Origin: an uncultured virus (IMG/VR IMGVR_UViG_3300010345_000156) | Taxonomy: Duplodnaviria > Heunggongvirae > Uroviricota > Caudoviricetes | Direction: 5' to 3' (one strand) | Length of the DNA stretch: 64,000 nucleotides | Virus record (IMG/VR): IMGVR_UViG_3300010345_000156 | In this document: one piece after another, positions 9,548-18,898 of the stretch | Numbering within the stretch: the stretch's first letter is position 1 | Layout of the letters: each line of letters begins with the position of its first letter | Notes under the pieces: generated by a model | Seen by the model: the letters and a program-made list of their open reading frames with translations, nothing else | The model's database searches: none | Told to the model about the DNA's origin: nothing | Program-made: the position numbers and the translations under genes

Positions 9548-10441
9548 ATGAATATTAAATTATCACTAGATAAACTTGCTAACGAAGTATTTTCTAAAGA
9601 TTATGTTCCAAGTAAAAAGGAAGTTAAAGTAGAACCATCAATTAATATTAAAAAGATTGATGAGTCTGTTATTAAACCTACAAAAATTGAAAAGAAACCT
9701 TTGAAAATAACAGAAGACTTTGATGTAGACTTTGATTCAAGTGAAGATAATTCTCAAAAAGTTGAACAATTATTTGACGGATACCTTGGTGAGAAGAATT
9801 TTGATCCAAATCCTTTAGAATATGGACCAAATGCGATGTACAGAAAGAATGGGACCGTCTATAGAAAGTCTGTAGATAACCTCTGGGAAGTTTACTTAAA
9901 GGATGGTGCTCAAGGCCCTAGAGGTGTTGCTGGAGGGTCTGGTGTCGGTGTTCAAGAAGTTAAAAGAATTATTTCAGAAACTGTTTCGGTGTCTGGAACT
10001 GGAGCGTCTACTTGGGAACAATTGACAAATAAGCCAATAGCGTCTACAAATACTTCAGGAGTTTTAACAAGTTCTGATTGGAATAAATTTAATAATAAAG
10101 CTGATTTGAGTGCCGTATCTGCAACTGATTGGTCAAATTTATTAGGACCAGTATTTACACCAACATATAGTGCATCAAATCCTTTAGTTAATGAGCTATC
10201 GATATCCGCAGGTGTTTCACAAAGAATTGCTATTCCTTCTGGTACATATGTTAAATGTAAATTCACTGGATTTGGTCCATTTAGATACAGATTAGGAACG
10301 TCTGCTGCTGTTGCTGTTTCTACAGATTTATATGCAGAGGCTGGAGATTCTATAATATCAAATAAAAATTCAAATACACATTTAGCAGTATATGGAATTT
10401 CATATGGAACAGTTTATGTTGAAGGTGGATCAATTGGCTAG
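9548..10441 (+). CDS. putative virion accessory protein carrying the shared anchor module
   Basis: Shares QKVEQLFDGYLGEKNFDPNP...GAQGPRG module with genes at 14231 and 18899. Confidence 0.7.
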   Translation: MNIKLSLDKLANEVFSKDYVPSKKEVKVEPSINIKKIDESVIKPTKIEKKPLKITEDFDVDFDSSEDNSQKVEQLFDGYLGEKNFDPNPLEYGPNAMYRKNGTVYRKSVDNLWEVYLKDGAQGPRGVAGGSGVGVQEVKRIISETVSVSGTGASTWEQLTNKPIASTNTSGVLTSSDWNKFNNKADLSAVSATDWSNLLGPVFTPTYSASNPLVNELSISAGVSQRIAIPSGTYVKCKFTGFGPFRYRLGTSAAVAVSTDLYAEAGDSIISNKNSNTHLAVYGISYGTVYVEGGSIG

Positions 10442-11945
10442 AATACATGATACTGTTTGGTATTTAAATTTAAAAGATCCATTATATGATGTTGTTGGTA
10501 ATATAAGTATTTTACAATCATCTGCTGCTCCTATATATAAAGATTGTATATATATTTCTGCAACAAGTTCTACATGGCATGATGCTAAAATGATATATTT
10601 AAAAAATCTAAATATGATTTGTGGAAAACATATGACATTTAGGTTTTTTTATAAAACTTCTGCGCTTGTTGCAGATACTAAATTTTTTATAGATTTTACA
10701 TCACCAACAACAACTGCAACATATGTTACGATAAGTGTGCCAAATGGAACCTCTGATTGGACAGAATTTTCTCAAGAAATACTTGTTCCACATGATGCTA
10801 CAATCTCAAGATTACGAATAGTAGCATCTCCATCGACTGGTCAGTGTTGGTTAAATGGAATCAGATTTACATCAATTCTTCACAATAAGGCTCGACCATC
10901 TATTGATCCAACATTTAATCCTCCAGGATTTAATATGAGAGGATTTTATATGCCATCCCAATTTAGAGATACTTCTGGGGCATATCAAAGATTACGAACA
11001 AATTGGAATACTAATGTTGTGAGGTTTGGATTAGAATATAATGAGGGGTTTGATTTAGAGATAACTGATTTAGATAATGCCCAACAATATGACGCTTGGA
11101 TGTTGGATAAACTTTCTAAATTAGATCTTTCCATAAATTATGCTAGAAATAATAATATAAAAATAATATTAGATATGCATACGATGTTAGGTGGAAATAA
11201 TAGATATCCAAAATCAAATTTAATAGTAGAATATAATGGATTATCTTATGATAGATATATATATTGGTGGAAATATATTGCTAACAAATATAAAGGAAAT
11301 GATACTTTTCATGCATTTGATCTGATGAACGAACCTGCTGATGCTTGGTGGCCCAGATCGCATGGCCCATCTGAAAAAACTTGGTGGGATTGTCAAGTAG
11401 ATGCTGCTAGAGAGATCAGAAAAATAGATCCTACAAGAACATTAATTTTCGAAACAAATAATTATGCTAGTTGTTATAGATTTGACGGATTAGATAAATT
11501 TCCTTTTGATAATTGTTATCCGTCAGTACATATTTACGAACCGGGAGAATTTACAGCAAATGATTCTACTTTAGTATATCCAGGTCTATTAGTCAATGGC
11601 GAAGTTGTAAATAAAGCATTTTTCTATAAAATATTACAACCATTAAGAGACTATCAATTAGCATATAAGTATCCATCAGTATTTGTAGGAGAATTTGCAA
11701 CACATAGATGGAAAAATTCTACAGCACAATGGTTAAGGGATTTAATTGATATTTTTGATGAATGGAATTGGGTGTGGTCATATTTTGGATATTGTGATGC
11801 AGATCAATACGGTTCTCAAGGATGGGCAGCTATAGATCTTCAATTAGATAATAGACAAGATATAGATATAATTGCAAATCCACCATCAGATAGAGCTTTG
11901 GTGGTTTCTGCATCTATGACTCAAAATACTAATCCATATCTATAA
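10434..11945 (+). CDS. glycoside hydrolase family 5 protein with N-terminal CBM-like domain (copy 1)
   Basis: IILDMH, DLMNEP (acid/base), SVHIY, FVGEF (nucleophile), WVW motifs; probable TTG start at 10434 after AAGGTGG. Confidence 0.85.
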   Translation: MARIHDTVWYLNLKDPLYDVVGNISILQSSAAPIYKDCIYISATSSTWHDAKMIYLKNLNMICGKHMTFRFFYKTSALVADTKFFIDFTSPTTTATYVTISVPNGTSDWTEFSQEILVPHDATISRLRIVASPSTGQCWLNGIRFTSILHNKARPSIDPTFNPPGFNMRGFYMPSQFRDTSGAYQRLRTNWNTNVVRFGLEYNEGFDLEITDLDNAQQYDAWMLDKLSKLDLSINYARNNNIKIILDMHTMLGGNNRYPKSNLIVEYNGLSYDRYIYWWKYIANKYKGNDTFHAFDLMNEPADAWWPRSHGPSEKTWWDCQVDAAREIRKIDPTRTLIFETNNYASCYRFDGLDKFPFDNCYPSVHIYEPGEFTANDSTLVYPGLLVNGEVVNKAFFYKILQPLRDYQLAYKYPSVFVGEFATHRWKNSTAQWLRDLIDIFDEWNWVWSYFGYCDADQYGSQGWAAIDLQLDNRQDIDIIANPPSDRALVVSASMTQNTNPYL

Positions 11946-11982
11946 AACTAAGACTAAATACCTATAAAAGGGTTTTAGTCTT

Positions 11983-12486
11983 ATGCCAACTCCATTAATG
12001 AAATCATTTGCTGAACAATCTGGAAAAAAGCCAAAAACTGTAGAAAAGCTTTGGAAAAAATGTGAGAAGATTGTAAAAAAAGAATATGATATAGATGAGA
12101 AGTCTTCAAGATTCTATCCATTAGTGGTTGGGGTCTTGAAGAATCTTTTAGATTTACCTCCTAAAGAAGTCAAAGAAGAAGATATGGGTGTTCAAAATAT
12201 AGGGGATTATACATTTGCTCAAAAAATGCAACCTCCATTCACTAGAGAAATTAAAGAAAAAAAAGAAAAGAAATCTAAAAAGAAAAAATTAAATTATTCT
12301 AAAGTATTTCCAGCTTTTACATATGTTCTTCCAAATTATCAAGATCAAGATTTAGATGATATAATGTCTGAAATGTTAAACTTTTATTCAGATAGATTAG
12401 ATGATTCTGAAGAAATAATTGAACGATCTATAGAAATGACTGCTAAATATCTAAAGATAAATATAAGTGAATTTGAATCGGATTAA
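11983..12486 (+). CDS. hypothetical protein (copy 1)
   Basis: ORF with late promoter at 11955. Confidence 0.75.
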   Translation: MPTPLMKSFAEQSGKKPKTVEKLWKKCEKIVKKEYDIDEKSSRFYPLVVGVLKNLLDLPPKEVKEEDMGVQNIGDYTFAQKMQPPFTREIKEKKEKKSKKKKLNYSKVFPAFTYVLPNYQDQDLDDIMSEMLNFYSDRLDDSEEIIERSIEMTAKYLKINISEFESD

Positions 12487-12495
12487 AGGTAAAAA

Positions 12496-14205
12496 ATGAA
12501 TTTTTCTATAAACATCTTTAGTGATAAGTTTATGAAAGCTAAAAATCGAAAAGATGAACTAGCTGACGAACAAATATCTAGAAACTCTCAAGGAACTTCT
12601 CAAGAAGAATTGATGTTAATAGATGCTCAAAATAATCTTTACGCAAATAATTATTATCAACCCGCTGGAAATTTCACAGTAAACCAAGCTCAAGCGTTTA
12701 GATCAATTTTCTCCAATAAATTTCAAAAGATTTCCATATATAGAGAAATGTCCTTTTTCCCAGAAATTGTAGATGCTTTGAATATGATTTGTAATGAAGC
12801 TATAACAGCAGATGATAAAGGAAATTTTGTAAAGTTAAGAATTAAAAAAGATATTCCAGCAAGAGAAGAAAAACATATTAGAAAAGTTTTTGATTATATA
12901 GTTTCTGAAGTTCTTAAATTTGATGAACGTGGATGGAAAATGTTTAGAACTTGGATGGTAGAATCTGAATTGTTTGTAGAAAAAATTATGAATGATGAAG
13001 GTACTAGAATAATTGGTATAAAAATTCTTCCAGCAACAAATACTTATCCAATATATGATGGAAATGTTATTAAAAAATTTGTACAAACAACTAAAAGGCG
13101 AACTTATAATGATGTTAGAAATACAAATACTGAAACTACATTTGAATCCAATCAAGTTTGTTATATCCATTATGATGATTATGTTCTTTCTAAGATGGAT
13201 GTTAGAGGATATTTAGAACCAGCTATCAGAACTTGGAGTCAATATAAAAATTTACAAGATTCTTTAATTATCTATCGATTGGTCAGAGCGCCTACTAGAA
13301 GACTTTGGAACGTAGAAGCTAGTCGTTTACCTCCAGGAAAAGCCGAAGAGTTTCTAAAACAATTAATAGCCAAATATAAGAAAAATTATGATTACAATCC
13401 GGAAAAAGGAAATATAGATTCTTCAAAACTTTTCCAATCTTTAACTGATGATTATTGGTTTATTAAAAGAGAAGGTCAAGGAACAACTGTAGATAATCTT
13501 GAATCGACTATGAATATTGGTTCTTTAGATGATATCAATATGTTTAAAACTTCTTTATATAAATCTTTACAAATTCCTAAAAGTCGTTGGGAAGATAATA
13601 TAAATTCAGTTACTACAATTGGTGCTCCAGGTGAACTAACTAGAGATGAATTAGATTTTTCTAAATTTGTAGGAAGACTTAGAAATAGATTTAAGAAACT
13701 TTTCATAGATCTTCTTTGTACACAATTAGAACTATCAAATCAAGTCGATGCTAAGTTTAGAAGAGAATCATTATTTGATATTGAATACTGTGAAGAAAAT
13801 CTATTTGCAGAACAAAAGAAATTAATGAACATCAAATCAAAATATGAAGTTCTTTCTATGGCTACTGCTGATATGGCTTCTAAAGATAATCCTAATGGAC
13901 TTTGGTCAAGAAGATATTTAATGAGAGAAATCTATGGAATGAATGAAGAAGAATATTTAAAACTTCAAAACGAAATCCAAGAAGAACTTTCAGAACAACG
14001 TGCAAATGAACCTGAAGAAAATGTTCCTGGTCCTGGTGATGAAGAGGAAGAAACTCAAGAACCAACTCCTAAAATTTCTCAAACACAAAATCAAGCAAAC
14101 CAAGAGAAAAATGCTGAAGAAGAAACTGCACCAGAAACTCCAGAAGGATCTAATGAACAAATTCCTGGAGAAGAAGCTGGAACAAATCAAATACAATTAC
14201 CATAA
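12496..14205 (+). CDS. gp20: portal vertex protein gp20 (copy 1)
   Basis: YREMSFFPEIVDAL, LQDSLIIYRLVRAPTRR, DDYW, GELTRDELDFSKFVGRLRNRF. Confidence 0.95.
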   Translation: MNFSINIFSDKFMKAKNRKDELADEQISRNSQGTSQEELMLIDAQNNLYANNYYQPAGNFTVNQAQAFRSIFSNKFQKISIYREMSFFPEIVDALNMICNEAITADDKGNFVKLRIKKDIPAREEKHIRKVFDYIVSEVLKFDERGWKMFRTWMVESELFVEKIMNDEGTRIIGIKILPATNTYPIYDGNVIKKFVQTTKRRTYNDVRNTNTETTFESNQVCYIHYDDYVLSKMDVRGYLEPAIRTWSQYKNLQDSLIIYRLVRAPTRRLWNVEASRLPPGKAEEFLKQLIAKYKKNYDYNPEKGNIDSSKLFQSLTDDYWFIKREGQGTTVDNLESTMNIGSLDDINMFKTSLYKSLQIPKSRWEDNINSVTTIGAPGELTRDELDFSKFVGRLRNRFKKLFIDLLCTQLELSNQVDAKFRRESLFDIEYCEENLFAEQKKLMNIKSKYEVLSMATADMASKDNPNGLWSRRYLMREIYGMNEEEYLKLQNEIQEELSEQRANEPEENVPGPGDEEEETQEPTPKISQTQNQANQEKNAEEETAPETPEGSNEQIPGEEAGTNQIQLP

Positions 14206-14230
14206 ATATATTTAAATCATGGAGATAAAA

Positions 14231-15109
14231 ATGGATTTTAAAAATCTTGCTAGTAAAATTATAGATGATGTTTCTGGTATTAAGTCTACAGAAACATCTA
14301 AACATGTTGAAGAAAATGATATCCTAGAAGGTTTAGATCTAGACTTTTCAGAAACAGTTTCTAAAGATCTTTCTGAAGATTTTGATTTAGATATTGAAGA
14401 CGAAATTCCAGAAGAACGTTCTCAAAAAGTTGAACAATTATTTGACGGATACCTTGGTGAGAAGAATTTTGATCCAAATCCTTTAGAATATGGACCAAAT
14501 GCGATGTACAGAAAGAATGGGACCGTCTATAGAAAGTCTGTAGATAACCTCTGGGAAGTTTACTTAAAGGATGGTGCTCAAGGCCCTAGAGGTGTTGCTG
14601 GAGGGTCTGGTGTCGGTGTTCAAGAAGTTAAAAGAATTATTTCAGAAACTGTTTCGGTGTCTGGAACTGGAGCGTCTACTTGGGAACAATTGACAAATAA
14701 GCCAATAGCGTCTACAAATACTTCAGGAGTTTTAACAAGTTCTGATTGGAATAAATTTAATAATAAAGCTGATTTGAGTGCCGTATCTGCAACTGATTGG
14801 TCAAATTTATTAGGACCAGTATTTACACCAACATATAGTGCATCAAATCCTTTAGTTAATGAGCTATCGATATCCGCAGGTGTTTCACAAAGAATTGCTA
14901 TTCCTTCTGGTACATATGTTAAATGTAAATTCACTGGATTTGGTCCATTTAGATACAGATTAGGAACGTCTGCTGCTGTTGCTGTTTCTACAGATTTATA
15001 TGCAGAGGCTGGAGATTCTATAATATCAAATAAAAATTCAAATACACATTTAGCAGTATATGGAATTTCATATGGAACAGTTTATGTTGAAGGTGGATCA
15101 ATTGGCTAG
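14231..15109 (+). CDS. chimeric anchor-module protein (N-terminus of 18899 gene, C-terminus of 9548 gene)
   Basis: Direct comparison of translations; GGAG SD before ATG 14231. Confidence 0.7.
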   Translation: MDFKNLASKIIDDVSGIKSTETSKHVEENDILEGLDLDFSETVSKDLSEDFDLDIEDEIPEERSQKVEQLFDGYLGEKNFDPNPLEYGPNAMYRKNGTVYRKSVDNLWEVYLKDGAQGPRGVAGGSGVGVQEVKRIISETVSVSGTGASTWEQLTNKPIASTNTSGVLTSSDWNKFNNKADLSAVSATDWSNLLGPVFTPTYSASNPLVNELSISAGVSQRIAIPSGTYVKCKFTGFGPFRYRLGTSAAVAVSTDLYAEAGDSIISNKNSNTHLAVYGISYGTVYVEGGSIG

Positions 15110-16613
15110 AATACATGATACTGTTTGGTATTTAAATTTAAAAGATCCATTATATGATGTTGTTGGTAATATAAGTATTTTACAATCATCTGCTGCTCCT
15201 ATATATAAAGATTGTATATATATTTCTGCAACAAGTTCTACATGGCATGATGCTAAAATGATATATTTAAAAAATCTAAATATGATTTGTGGAAAACATA
15301 TGACATTTAGGTTTTTTTATAAAACTTCTGCGCTTGTTGCAGATACTAAATTTTTTATAGATTTTACATCACCAACAACAACTGCAACATATGTTACGAT
15401 AAGTGTGCCAAATGGAACCTCTGATTGGACAGAATTTTCTCAAGAAATACTTGTTCCACATGATGCTACAATCTCAAGATTACGAATAGTAGCATCTCCA
15501 TCGACTGGTCAGTGTTGGTTAAATGGAATCAGATTTACATCAATTCTTCACAATAAGGCTCGACCATCTATTGATCCAACATTTAATCCTCCAGGATTTA
15601 ATATGAGAGGATTTTATATGCCATCCCAATTTAGAGATACTTCTGGGGCATATCAAAGATTACGAACAAATTGGAATACTAATGTTGTGAGGTTTGGATT
15701 AGAATATAATGAGGGGTTTGATTTAGAGATAACTGATTTAGATAATGCCCAACAATATGACGCTTGGATGTTGGATAAACTTTCTAAATTAGATCTTTCC
15801 ATAAATTATGCTAGAAATAATAATATAAAAATAATATTAGATATGCATACGATGTTAGGTGGAAATAATAGATATCCAAAATCAAATTTAATAGTAGAAT
15901 ATAATGGATTATCTTATGATAGATATATATATTGGTGGAAATATATTGCTAACAAATATAAAGGAAATGATACTTTTCATGCATTTGATCTGATGAACGA
16001 ACCTGCTGATGCTTGGTGGCCCAGATCGCATGGCCCATCTGAAAAAACTTGGTGGGATTGTCAAGTAGATGCTGCTAGAGAGATCAGAAAAATAGATCCT
16101 ACAAGAACATTAATTTTCGAAACAAATAATTATGCTAGTTGTTATAGATTTGACGGATTAGATAAATTTCCTTTTGATAATTGTTATCCGTCAGTACATA
16201 TTTACGAACCGGGAGAATTTACAGCAAATGATTCTACTTTAGTATATCCAGGTCTATTAGTCAATGGCGAAGTTGTAAATAAAGCATTTTTCTATAAAAT
16301 ATTACAACCATTAAGAGACTATCAATTAGCATATAAGTATCCATCAGTATTTGTAGGAGAATTTGCAACACATAGATGGAAAAATTCTACAGCACAATGG
16401 TTAAGGGATTTAATTGATATTTTTGATGAATGGAATTGGGTGTGGTCATATTTTGGATATTGTGATGCAGATCAATACGGTTCTCAAGGATGGGCAGCTA
16501 TAGATCTTCAATTAGATAATAGACAAGATATAGATATAATTGCAAATCCACCATCAGATAGAGCTTTGGTGGTTTCTGCATCTATGACTCAAAATACTAA
16601 TCCATATCTATAA
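15102..16613 (+). CDS. GH5 glycoside hydrolase (copy 2)
   Basis: Translation identical to copy 1. Confidence 0.8.
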   Translation: MARIHDTVWYLNLKDPLYDVVGNISILQSSAAPIYKDCIYISATSSTWHDAKMIYLKNLNMICGKHMTFRFFYKTSALVADTKFFIDFTSPTTTATYVTISVPNGTSDWTEFSQEILVPHDATISRLRIVASPSTGQCWLNGIRFTSILHNKARPSIDPTFNPPGFNMRGFYMPSQFRDTSGAYQRLRTNWNTNVVRFGLEYNEGFDLEITDLDNAQQYDAWMLDKLSKLDLSINYARNNNIKIILDMHTMLGGNNRYPKSNLIVEYNGLSYDRYIYWWKYIANKYKGNDTFHAFDLMNEPADAWWPRSHGPSEKTWWDCQVDAAREIRKIDPTRTLIFETNNYASCYRFDGLDKFPFDNCYPSVHIYEPGEFTANDSTLVYPGLLVNGEVVNKAFFYKILQPLRDYQLAYKYPSVFVGEFATHRWKNSTAQWLRDLIDIFDEWNWVWSYFGYCDADQYGSQGWAAIDLQLDNRQDIDIIANPPSDRALVVSASMTQNTNPYL

Positions 16614-16650
16614 AACTAAGACTAAATACCTATAAAAGGGTTTTAGTCTT

Positions 16651-17154
16651 ATGCCAACTCCATTAATGAAATCATTTGCTGAACAATCTGGAAAAAAGCC
16701 AAAAACTGTAGAAAAGCTTTGGAAAAAATGTGAGAAGATTGTAAAAAAAGAATATGATATAGATGAGAAGTCTTCAAGATTCTATCCATTAGTGGTTGGG
16801 GTCTTGAAGAATCTTTTAGATTTACCTCCTAAAGAAGTCAAAGAAGAAGATATGGGTGTTCAAAATATAGGGGATTATACATTTGCTCAAAAAATGCAAC
16901 CTCCATTCACTAGAGAAATTAAAGAAAAAAAAGAAAAGAAATCTAAAAAGAAAAAATTAAATTATTCTAAAGTATTTCCAGCTTTTACATATGTTCTTCC
17001 AAATTATCAAGATCAAGATTTAGATGATATAATGTCTGAAATGTTAAACTTTTATTCAGATAGATTAGATGATTCTGAAGAAATAATTGAACGATCTATA
17101 GAAATGACTGCTAAATATCTAAAGATAAATATAAGTGAATTTGAATCGGATTAA
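16651..17154 (+). CDS. hypothetical protein (copy 2)
   Basis: Identical to 11983-12486. Confidence 0.72.
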   Translation: MPTPLMKSFAEQSGKKPKTVEKLWKKCEKIVKKEYDIDEKSSRFYPLVVGVLKNLLDLPPKEVKEEDMGVQNIGDYTFAQKMQPPFTREIKEKKEKKSKKKKLNYSKVFPAFTYVLPNYQDQDLDDIMSEMLNFYSDRLDDSEEIIERSIEMTAKYLKINISEFESD

Positions 17155-17163
17155 AGGTAAAAA

Positions 17164-18873
17164 ATGAATTTTTCTATAAACATCTTTAGTGATAAGTTTA
17201 TGAAAGCTAAAAATCGAAAAGATGAACTAGCTGACGAACAAATATCTAGAAACTCTCAAGGAACTTCTCAAGAAGAATTGATGTTAATAGATGCTCAAAA
17301 TAATCTTTACGCAAATAATTATTATCAACCCGCTGGAAATTTCACAGTAAACCAAGCTCAAGCGTTTAGATCAATTTTCTCCAATAAATTTCAAAAGATT
17401 TCCATATATAGAGAAATGTCCTTTTTCCCAGAAATTGTAGATGCTTTGAATATGATTTGTAATGAAGCTATAACAGCAGATGATAAAGGAAATTTTGTAA
17501 AGTTAAGAATTAAAAAAGATATTCCAGCAAGAGAAGAAAAACATATTAGAAAAGTTTTTGATTATATAGTTTCTGAAGTTCTTAAATTTGATGAACGTGG
17601 ATGGAAAATGTTTAGAACTTGGATGGTAGAATCTGAATTGTTTGTAGAAAAAATTATGAATGATGAAGGTACTAGAATAATTGGTATAAAAATTCTTCCA
17701 GCAACAAATACTTATCCAATATATGATGGAAATGTTATTAAAAAATTTGTACAAACAACTAAAAGGCGAACTTATAATGATGTTAGAAATACAAATACTG
17801 AAACTACATTTGAATCCAATCAAGTTTGTTATATCCATTATGATGATTATGTTCTTTCTAAGATGGATGTTAGAGGATATTTAGAACCAGCTATCAGAAC
17901 TTGGAGTCAATATAAAAATTTACAAGATTCTTTAATTATCTATCGATTGGTCAGAGCGCCTACTAGAAGACTTTGGAACGTAGAAGCTAGTCGTTTACCT
18001 CCAGGAAAAGCCGAAGAGTTTCTAAAACAATTAATAGCCAAATATAAGAAAAATTATGATTACAATCCGGAAAAAGGAAATATAGATTCTTCAAAACTTT
18101 TCCAATCTTTAACTGATGATTATTGGTTTATTAAAAGAGAAGGTCAAGGAACAACTGTAGATAATCTTGAATCGACTATGAATATTGGTTCTTTAGATGA
18201 TATCAATATGTTTAAAACTTCTTTATATAAATCTTTACAAATTCCTAAAAGTCGTTGGGAAGATAATATAAATTCAGTTACTACAATTGGTGCTCCAGGT
18301 GAACTAACTAGAGATGAATTAGATTTTTCTAAATTTGTAGGAAGACTTAGAAATAGATTTAAGAAACTTTTCATAGATCTTCTTTGTACACAATTAGAAC
18401 TATCAAATCAAGTCGATGCTAAGTTTAGAAGAGAATCATTATTTGATATTGAATACTGTGAAGAAAATCTATTTGCAGAACAAAAGAAATTAATGAACAT
18501 CAAATCAAAATATGAAGTTCTTTCTATGGCTACTGCTGATATGGCTTCTAAAGATAATCCTAATGGACTTTGGTCAAGAAGATATTTAATGAGAGAAATC
18601 TATGGAATGAATGAAGAAGAATATTTAAAACTTCAAAACGAAATCCAAGAAGAACTTTCAGAACAACGTGCAAATGAACCTGAAGAAAATGTTCCTGGTC
18701 CTGGTGATGAAGAGGAAGAAACTCAAGAACCAACTCCTAAAATTTCTCAAACACAAAATCAAGCAAACCAAGAGAAAAATGCTGAAGAAGAAACTGCACC
18801 AGAAACTCCAGAAGGATCTAATGAACAAATTCCTGGAGAAGAAGCTGGAACAAATCAAATACAATTACCATAA
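17164..18873 (+). CDS. gp20: portal vertex protein gp20 (copy 2)
   Basis: Identical to 12496-14205. Confidence 0.9.
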   Translation: MNFSINIFSDKFMKAKNRKDELADEQISRNSQGTSQEELMLIDAQNNLYANNYYQPAGNFTVNQAQAFRSIFSNKFQKISIYREMSFFPEIVDALNMICNEAITADDKGNFVKLRIKKDIPAREEKHIRKVFDYIVSEVLKFDERGWKMFRTWMVESELFVEKIMNDEGTRIIGIKILPATNTYPIYDGNVIKKFVQTTKRRTYNDVRNTNTETTFESNQVCYIHYDDYVLSKMDVRGYLEPAIRTWSQYKNLQDSLIIYRLVRAPTRRLWNVEASRLPPGKAEEFLKQLIAKYKKNYDYNPEKGNIDSSKLFQSLTDDYWFIKREGQGTTVDNLESTMNIGSLDDINMFKTSLYKSLQIPKSRWEDNINSVTTIGAPGELTRDELDFSKFVGRLRNRFKKLFIDLLCTQLELSNQVDAKFRRESLFDIEYCEENLFAEQKKLMNIKSKYEVLSMATADMASKDNPNGLWSRRYLMREIYGMNEEEYLKLQNEIQEELSEQRANEPEENVPGPGDEEEETQEPTPKISQTQNQANQEKNAEEETAPETPEGSNEQIPGEEAGTNQIQLP

Positions 18874-18898
18874 ATATATTTAAATCATGGAGATAAAA

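Noticed and set aside
9900..9950. Collagen repeat in the anchor module
   Set aside because: Only about three Gly-X-Y triplets; too short to call.
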